A program made the translations under genes and the position numbers. DNA of 64,000 nt from Antedon mediterranea. Taxonomy: Eukaryota > Animalia > Echinodermata. Below are positions 1 to 13,363 of this stretch, piece by piece (position 1 is the first letter of the stretch; each line of letters begins with the position of its first letter). The stretch covers positions 16,721,881-16,785,880 of the forward strand of contig NC_092678.1 in NCBI RefSeq assembly GCF_964355755.1, written 5' to 3'. The notes beneath the pieces are model-generated. The model did no database searches. It was given only the letters and a program-made list of their open reading frames with translations, and was not told the origin of the DNA.

Positions 1-681
1 TCCTACCTCTACACACTGCATTCATTTCAAGTACATTGGACCGTATTAAACACATTGTTACGATGTCATATAAATCTTAATCCAATATAAAGATAAGTCA
101 AAACTAGGGTGAATCTAGAACAAATTGCAAAATAATTTGTTTTTTGGTTTGTCTGTTGATATTGTTAAAATGAACATCATCTAAAGTTAACCAAAAGGAA
201 AATAATATTATTAAATTTAAATTAAAGTATATGACGTCATAAGCTAGTTAAAACTATCTGTTTTGTAATGAAATTAGTTTAATTTATTGTAAATATAATA
301 GTAATAACATAGGCTTATATAGTATCTAAAATGAACTGATGGAAAAAAATAGTATAATATGCCTTACCTTGTCGATTAGCAAATTATCAAATATACTACT
401 TCAAATCTAGGTTTCCACTACTTGACGGCGTAGGAAAAACGCAAATAAGTTGACACATCCCGTTCGGATGACCTATTATGTTATGTCGTATAGTCAAATT
501 ACTTCCTTTTACGTCCTTGCGTTAAGTGTGAACAAAGACAACCAATCACCTTACGGTTAGTAACGCACACGGTTTAACCAGGAATGAGAAATGTCCACAG
601 CGACCCCAACTTAACGTTGGCCTTTTTCATGACCTAGCACCACTACATCTTTACTTTTACGATTCTCAAATGTTTTTGCAG

Positions 682-753
682 GTTGATACAAGGCAACGGA
701 TTAAAAAAATACAAAGATAGTACTTTTGAAAACTTGATCAACTTAAACGAATT
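682..753 (+). CDS. 72-bp leucine-rich-repeat exon of a GRL101-like LRR-GPCR (penultimate exon)
   Basis: tttttgcAG|...|GTaagta, exactly 72 nt, phase 2-2. Reads LIQGNGLKKYKDSTFENLINLNEL (LxxxxNxLxxxxxxxFxxLxxLxxL) and joins in frame (TT|G = Leu) to the exon at 2101. Confidence 0.8.
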
Positions 754-774
754 GTAAGTATTCACATGGCTTTT

Positions 775-1640
775 TAACTTCCAATGACTACCAATTTGCA
801 TTTAAAGCGAAAAACTCGACTGATACGTGTATCTTTGTATTAAAACATGTAATTGACTACTACAATTAAAAACTAACTAAAGCTAAACTAAACTAAACTA
901 TTAACAATGTTATTAATCTTTGATAAATTGCTCAAATGTTGGTATGAGAAACAGAGTTTTATGATACGTTGGGGAAACTCTGTTTCCAATGCATTTACAG
1001 TATCCATTGGGAGTTAGTCAGGGTGGGGTTATGTCCCCTTTTCTTTATAACATATATATTAGTACTCTTAATTGTAGACCAAGTGGTTTGTATCAGGGTT
1101 GCCAACGTAGAAACATCTTGAACCATCTTAGTTATGCGGATGATCTTGTTCTACTTCCCCCCTCAGTTGCTGGCTTCCAGCAATTGGTACATGATTGTGA
1201 AGAGTTTTCGCAAGAGAATGATATTTTATTTAATAATCTTTAGATCTTGCTGTATTAATATGTATTGTGCAGCCCTTTGGTGTATCTATCGTATGAAGAA
1301 TATTAGATCTCTTAATGTATGTTACAATAATGCTCTGCGCTGTATACTTAATGTCTCTATAAGTGTCTTTAAGCTTGGTTCCCACTAGAACGTAACGCAA
1401 GGACGTAAACGCAACGCAAGCGTTTTAACCAATGACAAGCGAAGTTATAGACAGTTAGCAATCACAAGCGAATAAGCCATCGCTTGTGATTGGTCAATTC
1501 ACTTGCGTTGCGTTACGTCCTTGCGTTACGTCGCTAGTGGGAACCACGCTTTAATGAGTACATTAGTAGAAAATCTACCTATGGTTTCATGCAATGTATG
1601 TTGAATAGTGGTAACACATTTGTTGCTTGTGTTTGCAAAC
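775..1640 (+). mobile_element. Degraded non-LTR retrotransposon RT fragment (intronic)
   Basis: Pieces read YQFAFKAKNSTDTCIFVLKHVIDYY, GVSQGGVMSPFLYNIY and NHLSYADDLVLL; frameshifted and interrupted by a MITE. Confidence 0.75.
1372..1550. mobile_element. PIF/Harbinger (Tourist-like) MITE, 179 bp
   Basis: TIRs agcttggttcccactag / ctagtgggaaccacgct with TTA on both sides. Older relatives at ~405-540, ~5820-5955 (repeated in units 2 and 3) and 43968-44129. Confidence 0.8.
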
Positions 1641-2100
1641 ATATGCTCCATAACTCCAAAATGTATTGTAGATGGAGAAGCACTCTATATACTTAAGTCT
1701 AGAGTTTACGATTTTTCTTTTTCTGTTGATGATTTTATTATTAATATGGATGATATTTCCGAAATAAAAAGAAATTAAATTGAATTGAAAGCTAGAATCA
1801 TCTCCAAAGGTGTGCAATTTATTAATATATACAATCCATGAACAAAGATAGAAAAAAGTTTATATATTGATATTGTTATTGGTTCAAATTGGTTAAATTA
1901 ACTTAAACAAATAGAATTTCACATAAAATATAAGATAACTTAATTCTATAAGTATTCAAAGTGAATAACTGTCATGTGATATCAAAATAGCATATTCAAC
2001 AAAACAATTCAAAAATCCCTTTTCAGGATGAATAAGGCTTAGTTATATACACGTTTATATTGCAAATAATACTGTTTTTATTTGTTCATCACCAAAATAG

Positions 2101-3106
2101 GTACTCGGATTTTGCTCGTCTATGCTGTCTTGTGGGTGACATTAAAATCTGCAAGCCGACCGATGTCTTTGCGTCTTGCAAAGACTTGTTAAAAAGAGAA
2201 GTCTTACGGGTGTTGATGTTCCTTATTGGGATATCATCCGTCATTGGAAATTTAGTGGTTATAATCTCACGATGTTATAAAAAGGATGACAACACCGGTA
2301 ATATCAACAGCAGTGCGAAAAAGGTTCAAACCACACTGATCACCAACCTTGCCGTTTCCGACCTGTTAATGGCTATTTATTTAATAACAATAGCAAGTGC
2401 GGATGTTCATTACAGAGGACGATACTGGGTAGTTGCAAAGGATTGGAAGGACAGCTTCCTGTGTAGCTTTTCCGGAGCTGTTTCTACTCTTTCGGGTGAA
2501 TGTTCGGTGTTTACTTTGATGGTTATGAGCGTTGATCGCGCGGTTAACATTGTAAACCCATTTAGCACCAGACGTCTCAACCGCAAATACTGCAGAATTC
2601 TCATCGGAATCGCTTGGCTGGTTTTCCTTGTGCTTAGTTTTCTACCAGTTGTACACAAACTAAGCGTCATCGACATGCCGTATTTCGGCGACAATTACTA
2701 TGGAAAGCAGAGTGTATGTCTTGCACTTCCGCTAACCAGAAGCCGATGGCCAGGATGGGAGTACGCCGTTGCCATATTTGTTGTGTTTAATGGAATAGGT
2801 TTTATCGTCATCGCTGTGAGTTATGCCACCATTTTCTTCTCAGTTCAAAGGTCAGGAGCCACCGTCTGTGGACGACGAAAACGAAAGGAACAATTAAAAA
2901 TGGCACGGAAATTAGGAATCATTGTCTTTACTGATTTTTGTTGCTGGTTCCCGATAATCCTAATGAGTTTCTGTTCAGAAATGGGGTGGTGGGATATTCC
3001 TGACGAAATTTACGTGTGGGCAGCGACGTTTATTATACCAATAAACTCGTCGGTCAACCCTTATCTTTTCACAATTGTCTATATGTGCATATGTAAACAT
3101 AAGTAA
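2101..3106 (+). CDS. GRL101-like LRR-GPCR terminal exon (hinge + 7TM), copy 1
   Basis: Acceptor aaatAG|g. YSDFARLCC..C.P.D.FASCKDLL hinge, NLAVSDLLM, ECSVFTL..SVDR, VCLALPL, IVFTDFCCWFPI and PINSSVNPYLF are typical of the GRL101/RXFP-type LGR group. The TTG start in the ORF track is intronic. Confidence 0.92.
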
Positions 3107-3831
3107 GCCCAAGTATCCATTGAGTTACACGCAAAAGGGTTTTTCCCGAAGATAGAAAATATTTGTGTACTATACAATACAATTTATAGAGAACGTTTCT
3201 ATTTAAAATTAAATAGGCCTAAAAGTAGGACGATCCCATAAAAGACGTAAACAAAGTACATTACATCATTTTTTAATCCATGATTACATATACATTTATC
3301 GATGTGGTTTGGTGGATTACATTAGTTTTATGTAAGATTTGGTATATAAAATTTAGTTTTTATTTCAATTGATGTTGGTTTTATCATTAATTATGACATA
3401 TACATTTATCGATATAGTTTGGTGGATTTTGTGAATTCATGTAAGGTTTGGTAGATAAAGTATTTACGGTACTGTATTTTTATCATTTATAATTAATTTT
3501 GACTTTTCACTAATCATTAAAATAAAGTTAATAATGTGAACATTTCGTAGGCCATATCAAACAAATAATATTTGTTTAGCATCCCGAACCCTAATACGGA
3601 TGAAATTGGAGCGACATGATTGTACTTTCCCTTTAAAAAAACGAATTGTAAGAGCTGATGTAGGCTACTATGTCCGTTTTGATGACATACCATAACATCT
3701 AAAAAAAAAGGCCGACCTCGAAAAGAAGCCCACCTCGAAAAGATGCCCAATCCCGAAAAGATGCCTTTTTTGTGGTTTGCAAAAGTGATCTCGAAACTGT
3801 AGTTGTATAACTTTGTCATAAGAAAAAAAAA

Positions 3832-4554
3832 TAGCACCCCATTTTATTACTATTGGCTCATCTTTCATACATCCGTCTCAATTAGTTACTAATCTTGGTA
3901 TAAAACGTGACGAATCTCTAAACATGCAAGCACACATCAGTTATATTACTAAATCAGTAAACTTTTATCTTCACAATATTGCACACATTCGATGATTTCT
4001 TTCGATACGCTCCACATCCTCTATCATTCATGGTTTTATCTCCTCTCGTCTTGATTATTGCAATTCTCTGTTCTATGCCCTTCCGAATTTTCAAATTAAT
4101 CGTCTTCAACGACTACAGAACTCGGCTGCTCGTATCATTACGTTCACTAACCGTCGCTCTCACATTTCACCTGTTCTTCGAGAACTTCACTGGCTCCCAA
4201 TTGACAATCGAATCAAATTTATAATCTTGCTCCTTACTTTTAAAGCACTTCTTTTCAACCAACCTGCTTATATCCGTCAATTGATCACCTTTTATGTTCC
4301 TTGACGGACTCTTAGATTATCTGATGATTTTTTACTCTCTGTTCCACGCATAACCACTAAAACCTTTGGTCATAGATCGTTTTCTTTTGCAGCACCCACA
4401 CTCTGGAATTCACTCCCCGCACAAATTAAACACTGCTCTTCTGTTGCCTTATTTAAAAAATTGCTCAAAACTCATTTTTTCGACCACTAACATGCCCAGC
4501 GCCTTTGATTTTGTACCTCGGTCTTTGAATTGACGCTTTATAAATTTTGATATA

Positions 4555-4588
<34 letters not shown>
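3832..4588 (+). mobile_element. 5'-truncated L2-clade LINE (copies at ~8960-9716 and ~14091-14843)
   Basis: SSRLDYCNSL..RLQRLQNSAARII..HISPVLRELHWLPI..RSFSFAAPTLWNSLP..LKTHFF, followed by an (AAT)n tail. Confidence 0.88.
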
Positions 4589-6660
4589 GATTGACTTGTA
4601 GCTGTAGATGTGCAAGAAACTTCGTTTTATGATTTTAGAGTTGCACAATGAATTGCAATGATTGATCATAGATTGAAAACCAAAAGTAATTTTGTATTGA
4701 AACTTGTTGAAAATTTAAGTCATATCATGCGCAAACTTTCTATGAATTAAAAATGGCATGTTTCACAGAAAGTTACGATTTTAAAAATTGTGATGACGTC
4801 ATCATGTTCAAAAGCGTCACTTATTTTCACCTATTTTGCACTGCATGTAGTACGTATACAGTTAGTGTATACTGTATATACTTAGACGTGACACAAATAG
4901 GGAGCGCACACGAACATTTTTTCAATGGCATAATCATTTTTCTGTGCGCAATATTCTAACGTATGACGTGCACGTGGCTTTTGCGCTGCAGATAACCCAA
5001 ATCTAGTTCAATTTTTATCTTGTCTTTTTCATTAATATACCATTTACATTTATATATGACAGTAGTTTGGTGGATTGTATTAGTTTTATGTAATATTTGA
5101 TAGATAAATACTGATTATTATTATATTAATGTTCGCTTTTCAGTAATTATTATAAAGATAAAGTTATTAATTTGAATATTTCATATTAGGCCATATAAAA
5201 CAAATACTAATTTTTTAACGTATTGATACCCACTGATGAAATTCATTTATATTAAAGAAAACGAATTTCTAAAAAAGAAGCCGACATCGTAAAGAAGCCC
5301 ACTTTGAAAAAAAAAAGAACACAGTCAAATAAAAAGAAGCCGCTCCTTAGCTTGAAATATTAATCTCGAAAAGAAGTCCATCGGAAAAAAGACACTGTGA
5401 CTATCTGGCTTCTTTTAAAGATAGTTTAGGCTTTTTTCCTAGAGGGTCGGTTTGGCAGTGCAACGGATGCTATGTGAAGACATTCAGCTGATCGCTCGTG
5501 TTCAGTTGCCGGATTACTATATTAAATTTAAATTAATAATTTAAAAATCGTAATTAAAGACTTTTATTTTAACCAATGTTATGACAGTATGTGAAGCACT
5601 CAGATTATGTGCTTTACATATACATGTGCGTTTTTCTGTCCACAACGGACAGAACAATAATAGACAAATTAAACCCTTATAATTACAGATTTCACCAACC
5701 CCGATCTGTAACTTTGTTGGCTTTATCATGTTGTGATTAAATTGTAAGAACCGTATCAATGTATATTCTTGTGAAGATTCTGTGAAGGAATTATTACTGC
5801 ATGCTTGGTATATTGCTAATGTTTGGACCCCTATGGACGCAATGCACGGTACGCAACGTTGTTTACCAATCATGCAAGCGATGGATTATTCCAACTGTCG
5901 ATTGCGATTGGTTAACTCGCTTGCGCATGGCATTGCGTCTCTAGTGGGAACCAAAATTTACTGTATGTGAACATTTATTAATGTTAGATTTAAATAAATC
6001 AATGTTGTAAAAAAAAATATAATTTGTATTTTCTATTGTTATAATTGTCTGGTAATAAAGTAAGGCGCTGCTGTCAGATGTAAATATAATAATATTTCTG
6101 TATAATTATTTGGCAAATTGACAAGTAGGCATACACTGATGCCCCTGTGGAAAGACAATCTCTAACTAAAGACACTGTCAGTCTGCTTGATGAGATTGAA
6201 GTAGACTCGGGACGCATTTTTTTCCCTATTAGGTTAAGGCAGAAACTATAGAGGGCCTGATTCCATACAGGAATATTTATGATGTGACGGCAAACCATGG
6301 AAATGGTTTTCATCAAGCGGTAACCGAAAATGATCTCTCTTGATAAACTGCTTGCACATGGCCTTTAATCAAAAGCAGTGAGTTGGTGACTTACTGTTTA
6401 AAGATTTACTGTCCCCAAAACATTAAAAAAAAATGAAATTAATAAAATCAGAGGACATTTTGTAGTTTTTTATTTCAACAATATTTATCGTACGAGTGTG
6501 TTTCATGGACCAAACTGATTATTAGGGAACGTCACAACAATATAATTTGACATACAATAACAAGAAATATAATAGAACAAAATAAAACAAAAATAAGCGG
6601 TTAAATGCAATGAAAAAATACTATTTTTACTGTTTTTTTTTTTTTTTTTAAATTACAGTG

Positions 6661-6765
6661 TTTAGTCGCGTGCAACGCGACTCTACAGCTCACTATGTCG
6701 GTCGGTTTGTTGGTCGGTCGGTCGGTTAATCGGTAAATACTAACTTGAGCACGCGACTGCAGCCA
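6661..6765 (+). mobile_element. Helentron-associated short element (HINE/DINE-like), 3'-truncated at the array junction; repeated at ~11790-11894 and ~16917-17021
   Basis: tttAGTCGCGTGC..(GGTC)n..GCACGCGACT subterminal inverted repeats. The terminal hairpin seen in the copies at 56.6-58.2 kb is missing here. Confidence 0.7.
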
Positions 6766-7228
6766 AAATGTATTGTAGATGGAGAAGCATTCTATATACT
6801 TAAGTCTAGAGTTTACGATTTTTCTTTTTCTGTTTATAAGTTTGTTAATATGGATAATATTTCCGAAATAAAAAGAAATTAAATTGAATTGAAAGTTAGA
6901 ATCATCTCCAAACGTGTGCAATTTATTAATATATACAATCCATGAACAAAGATAGAAAAAACATGAACCTACAAGTCGGTGTGAAGTTTATATATTGATA
7001 TTGTTATTGTTTCAAATTGGTTAAATTAACTTCAACAAATAGAATTTCATATAAAATATAAGATAACTTAAATCTATAAGTATTCAAAGTGAATGACTGT
7101 CATGTGATATCAAAATGGCATATTCAACAAAACAATTCAAAAATCCCTTTTCAGGATGAATAAGGCTTAGTTATATACACGTTTATATTGCAAATAATAC
7201 TGTTTTTATTTGTACATCACCAAAATAG

Positions 7229-8234
7229 GTACTCGGATTTTGATCGTCTATGCTGTCTTGTGGGTGACATTAAAATCTGCAAGCCGACCGATGTCTTTGC
7301 GTCTTGCAAAGACTTGTTAAAAAGAGAAGTCTTACGGGTGTTGATGTTCCTTATTGGGATATCATTCGTCATTGGAAATTTAGTTGTTATAATCTCACGA
7401 TGTTATAAAAAGGATGACAAAACCGATAATATCAACAGCAGTGCGAAAAGGGTTCAAACCACACTGATCACCAACCTTGCCGTGTCCGACCTGTTAATGG
7501 CTATTTATTTAATAACAATAGCAAGTGCGGATGTTCATTACAGAGGACGATACTGGGTAGTTGCAAAGGATTGGAAGGACAGCTTCATGTGTAGCTTTTC
7601 CGGAGCTGTTTCTACTCTTTCGGGTGAATGTTCGGTGTTTACTTTAATGGTTATGAACGTTGATCGCGCTGTTAACATCGTAAACCCATTTAGCACCAGA
7701 CGTCTCAACCGCAAATACTGCAGAATTCTCATTGTATTCGCTTGGCTCGTTTTCCTTGTGCTTAGTTTTCTACCAGTTTTACACAAACTAAGCGTCATCG
7801 ACATGCCGTATTTCGGCGACAGTTACTATGGAAAGCAGAGTGTATGTCTGGCACTTCCACTAACCAGAAGCCGATGGCCAGGATGGGAGTACGCCGTTGC
7901 CATATTTGTTGTGTTTAATGGAATAGGTTTTATCGTCATCGCTGTGAGTTATGCCACCATTTTCTTCTCAGTTCAGAGGTCAGGAGCCACCGTCTGTGGA
8001 CGACGAAAACGAAAGGAACAATTAAAAATGGCACGGAAATTAGGAATCATTGTCTTTACTGATTTTTGTTGCTGGTTCCCGATAATCCTAATGAGTTTCT
8101 GTTCAGAAATGGGGTGGTGGGATATTCCTGACGAAATTTACGTGTGGGCAGCGACGTTTATTATACCAATAAACTCGTCGGTCAACCCTTATCTTTTCAC
8201 AATTGTCTATATGTGCATATGTAAACATAAGTAA
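7229..8234 (+). CDS. GRL101-like hinge+7TM terminal exon, copy 2 (intact, no ectodomain exon of its own seen)
   Basis: Open frame, acceptor retained, 11 amino-acid differences from copy 1. Confidence 0.85.
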
Positions 8235-9682
8235 GCCCAAGTATCCATTGAGTTACACGCAAAAGGGTTTTTCCCGAAGATAGAAAATATTTGTGTACTA
8301 TACAATACAATTTATAGAGAACGTTTCTATTTAAAATTAAATAGGCCTAAAAGTAGGACGATCCCATAAAAGACGTAAACAAAGTACATTACATCATTTT
8401 TTAATCCATGATTACATATACATTTATCGATGTGGTTTGGTGGATTACATTAGTTTTATGTAAGATTTGGTATATAAAATTTAGTTTTTATTTCAATTGA
8501 TGTTGGTTTTATCATTAATTATGACATATACATTTATCGATATAGTTTGGTGGATTTTGTGAATTCATGTAAGGTTTGGTAGATAAAGTATTTACGGTAC
8601 TGTATTTTTATCATTTATAATTAATTTTGACTTTTCACTAATCATTAAAATAAAGTTAATAATGTGAACATTTCGTAGGCCATATCAAACAAATAATATT
8701 TGTTTAGCATCCCGAACCCTAATACGGATGAAATTGGAGCGACATGATTGTACTTTCCCTTTAAAAAAACGAATTGTAAGAGCTGATGTAGGCTACTATG
8801 TCCGTTTTGATGACATACCATAACATCTAAAAAAAAAGGCCGACCTCGAAAAGAAGCCCACCTCGAAAAGATGCCCAATCCCGAAAAGATGCCTTTTTTG
8901 TGGTTTGCAAAAGTGATCTCGAAACTGTAGTTGTATAACTTTGTCATAAGAAAAAAAAATAGCACCCCATTTTATTACTATTGGCTCATCTTTCATACAT
9001 CCGTCTCAATTAGTTACTAATCTTGGTATAAAACGTGACGAATCTCTAAACATGCAAGCACACATCAGTTATATTACTAAATCAGTAAACTTTTATCTTC
9101 ACAATATTGCACACATTCGATGATTTCTTTCGATACGCTCCACATCCTCTATCATTCATGGTTTTATCTCCTCTCGTCTTGATTATTGCAATTCTCTGTT
9201 CTATGCCCTTCCGAATTTTCAAATTAATCGTCTTCAACGACTACAGAACTCGGCTGCTCGTATCATTACGTTCACTAACCGTCGCTCTCACATTTCACCT
9301 GTTCTTCGAGAACTTCACTGGCTCCCAATTGACAATCGAATCAAATTTATAATCTTGCTCCTTACTTTTAAAGCACTTCTTTTCAACCAACCTGCTTATA
9401 TCCGTCAATTGATCACCTTTTATGTTCCTGGACGGACTCTTAGATTATCTGATGATTTTTTACTCTCTGTTCCACGCATAACCACTAAAACCTTTGGTCA
9501 TAGATCGTTTTCTTTTGCAGCACCCACACTCTGGAATTCACTCCCCGCACAAATTAAACACTGCTCTTCTGTTGCCTTATTTAAAAAATTGCTCAAAACT
9601 CATTTTTTCGACCACTAACATGCCCAGCGCCTTTGATTTTGTACCTCGGTCTTTGAATTGACGCTTTATAAATTTTGATATA

Positions 9683-9716
<34 letters not shown>

Positions 9717-12357
9717 GATTGACTTGTAGCTGTAGATGTGCAAGAAACTTCGTTTTATGATTTTAGAGTTGCACAATGAATTGCAATGATTGATCATAGA
9801 TTGAAAACCAAAAGTAATTTTGTATTGAAACTTGTTGAAAATTTAAGTCATATCATGCGCAAACTTTCTATGAATTAAAAATGGCATGTTTCACAGAAAG
9901 TTACGATTTTAAAAATTGTGATGACGTCATCATGTTCAAAAGCGTCACTTATTTTCACCTATTTTGCACTGCATGTAGTACGTATACAGTTAGTGTATAC
10001 TGTATATACTTAGACGTGACACAAATAGGGAGCGCACACGAACATTTTTTCAATGGCATAATCATTTTTCTGTGCGCAATATTCTAACGTATGACGTGCA
10101 CGTGGCTTTTGCGCTGCAGATAACCCAAATCTAGTTCAATTTTTATCTTGTCTTTTTCATTAATATACCATTTACATTTATATATGACAGTAGTTTGGTG
10201 GATTGTATTAGTTTTATGTAATATTTGATAGATAAATACTGATTATTATTATATTAATGTTCGCTTTTCAGTAATTATTATAAAGATAAAGTTATTAATT
10301 TGAATATTTCATATTAGGCCATATAAAACAAATACTAATTTTTTAACGTATTGATACCCACTGATGAAATTCATTTATATTAAAGAAAACGAATTTCTAA
10401 AAAAGAAGCCGACATCGTAAAGAAGCCCACTTTGGAAAAAAAAAGAACACAGTCAAATAAAAAGAAGCCGCTCCTTAGCTTGAAATATTAATCTCGAAAA
10501 GAAGTCCATCGGAAAAAAGACACTGTGACTATCTGGCTTCTTTTAAAGATAGTTTAGGCTTTTTTCCTAGAGGGTCGGTTTGGCAGTGCAACGGATGCTA
10601 TGTGAAGACATTCAGCTGATCGCTCGTGTTCAGTTGCCGGATTACTATATTAAATTTAAATTAATAATTTAAAAATCGTAATTAAAGACTTTTATTTTAA
10701 CCAATGTTATGACAGTATGTGAAGCACTCAGATTATGTGCTTTACATATACATGTGCGTTTTTCTGTCCACAACGGACAGAACAATAATAGACAAATTAA
10801 ACCCTTATAATTACAGATTTCACCAACCCCGATCTGTAACTTTGTTGGCTTTATCATGTTGTGATTAAATTGTAAGAACCGTATCAATGTATATTCTTGT
10901 GAAGATTCTGTGAAGGAATTATTACTGCATGCTTGGTATATTGCTAATGTTTGGTCCCCCTATGGACGCAATGCACGGTACGCAACGTTGTTTACCAATC
11001 ATGCAAGCGATGGATTATTCCAACTGTCGATTGCGATTGGTTAACTCGCTTGCGCATGGCATTGCGTCTCTAGTGGGAACCAAAATTTACTGTATGTGAA
11101 CATTTATTAATGTTAGATTTAAATAAATCAATGTTGTAAAAAAAAATATAATTTGTATTTTCTATTGTTATAATTGTCTGGTAATAAAGTAAGGCGCTGC
11201 TGTCAGATGTAAATATAATAATATTTCTGTATAATTATTTGGCAAATTGACAAGTAGGCATACACTGATGCCCCTGTGGAAAGACAATCTCTAACTAAAG
11301 ACACTGTCAGTCTGCTTGATGAGATTGAAGTAGACTCGGGACGCATTTTTTTCCCTATTAGGTTAAGGCAGAAACTATAGAGGGCCTGATTCCATACAGG
11401 AATATTTATGATGTGACGGCAAACCATGGAAATGGTTTTCATCAAGCGGTAACCGAAAATGATCTCTCTTGATAAACTGCTTGCACATGGCCTTTAATCA
11501 AAAGCAGTGAGTTGGTGACTTACTGTTTAAAGATTTACTGTCCCCAAAACATTAAAAAAAAATGAAATTAATAAAATCAGAGGACATTTTGTAGTTTTTT
11601 ATTTCAACAATATTTATCGTACGAGTGTGTTTCATGGACCAAACTGATTATTAGGGAACGTCACAACAATATAATTTGACATACAATAACAAGAAATATA
11701 ATAGAACAAAATAAAACAAAAATAAGCGGTTAAATGCAATGAAAAAATACTATTTTTACTGTTTTTTGTTTTTTTTTTAAATTACAGTGTTTAGTCGCGT
11801 GCAACGCGACTCTACAGCTCACTATGTCGGTCGGTTTGTTGGTCGGTCGGTCGGTTAATCGGTAAATACTAACTTGAGCACGCGACTGCAGCCAAAATGT
11901 ATTGTAGATGGAGAAGCATTCTATATACTTAAGTCTAGAGTTTACGATTTTTCTTTTTCTGTTTATAAGTTTGTTAATATGGATAATATTTCCGAAATAA
12001 AAAGAAATTAAATTGAATTGAAAGTTAGAATCATCTCCAAACGTGTGCAATTTATTAATATATACAATCCATGAACAAAGATAGAAAAAACATGAACCTA
12101 CAAGTCGGTGTGAAGTTTATATATTGATATTGTTATTGTTTCAAATTGGTTAAATTAACTTCAACAAATAGAATTTCATATAAAATATAAGATAACTTAA
12201 ATCTATAAGTATTCAAAGTGAATGACTGTCATGTGATATCAAAATGGCATATTCAACAAAACAATTCAAAAATCCCTTTTCAGGATGAATAAGGCTTAGT
12301 TATATACACGTTTATATTGCAAATAATACTGTTTTTATTTGTACATCACCAAAATAG

Positions 12358-13363
12358 GTACTCGGATTTTGATCGTCTATGCTGTCTTGTGGGTGACATT
12401 AAAATCTGCAAGCCGACCGATGTCTTTGCGTCTTGCAAAGACTTGTTAAAAAGAGAAGTCTTACGGGTGTTGATGTTCCTTATTGGGATATCATTCGTCA
12501 TTGGAAATTTAGTTGTTATAATCTCACGATGTTATAAAAAGGATGACAAAACCGATAATATCAACAGCAGTGCGAAAAGGGTTCAAACCACACTGATCAC
12601 CAACCTTGCCGTGTCCGACCTGTTAATGGCTATTTATTTAATAACAATAGCAAGTGCGGATGTTCATTACAGAGGACGATACTGGGTAGTTGCAAAGGAT
12701 TGGAAGGACAGCTTCATGTGTAGCTTTTCCGGAGCTGTTTCTACTCTTTCGGGTGAATGTTCGGTGTTTACTTTAATGGTTATGAACGTTGATCGCGCTG
12801 TTAACATCGTAAACCCATTTAGCACCAGACGTCTCAACCGCAAATACTGCAGAATTCTCATTGTATTCGCTTGGCTCGTTTTCCTTGTGCTTAGTTTTCT
12901 ACCAGTTTTACACAAACTAAGCGTCATCGACATGCCGTATTTCGGCGACAGTTACTATGGAAAGCAGAGTGTATGTCTGGCACTTCCACTAACCAGAAGC
13001 CGATGGCCAGGATGGGAGTACGCCGTTGCCATATTTGTTGTGTTTAATGGAATAGGTTTTATCGTCATCGCTGTGAGTTATGCCACCATTTTCTTCTCAG
13101 TTCAGAGGTCAGGAGCCACCGTCTGTGGACGACGAAAACGAAAGGAACAATTAAAAATGGCACGGAAATTAGGAATCATTGTCTTTACTGATTTTTGTTG
13201 CTGGTTCCCGATAATCCTAATGAGTTTCTGTTCAGAAATGGGGTGGTGGGATATTCCTGACGAAATTTACGTGTGGGCAGCGACGTTTATTATACCAATA
13301 AACTCGTCGGTCAACCCTTATCTTTTCACAATTGTCTATATGTGCATATGTAAACATAAGTAA
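12358..13363 (+). CDS. GRL101-like hinge+7TM terminal exon, copy 3
   Basis: Protein identical to copy 2 in the ORF track; acceptor retained. Confidence 0.85.

Noticed and set aside
1-680. Additional LRR exons upstream of 682
   Set aside because: No 72-nt AG/GT-bounded segment with LRR periodicity was found.
2060-2100. TTG-initiated N-terminus MQIILFLFVHHQNR of the 348-aa ORFs
   Set aside because: This is the polypyrimidine tract and acceptor of the intron; homology starts at 2101.
3517-6921. Short ORFs repeated in each array unit
   Set aside because: They are alternate frames of the L2 fragment, MITE, HINE or AT-rich non-coding DNA; their conservation only reflects recent duplication.
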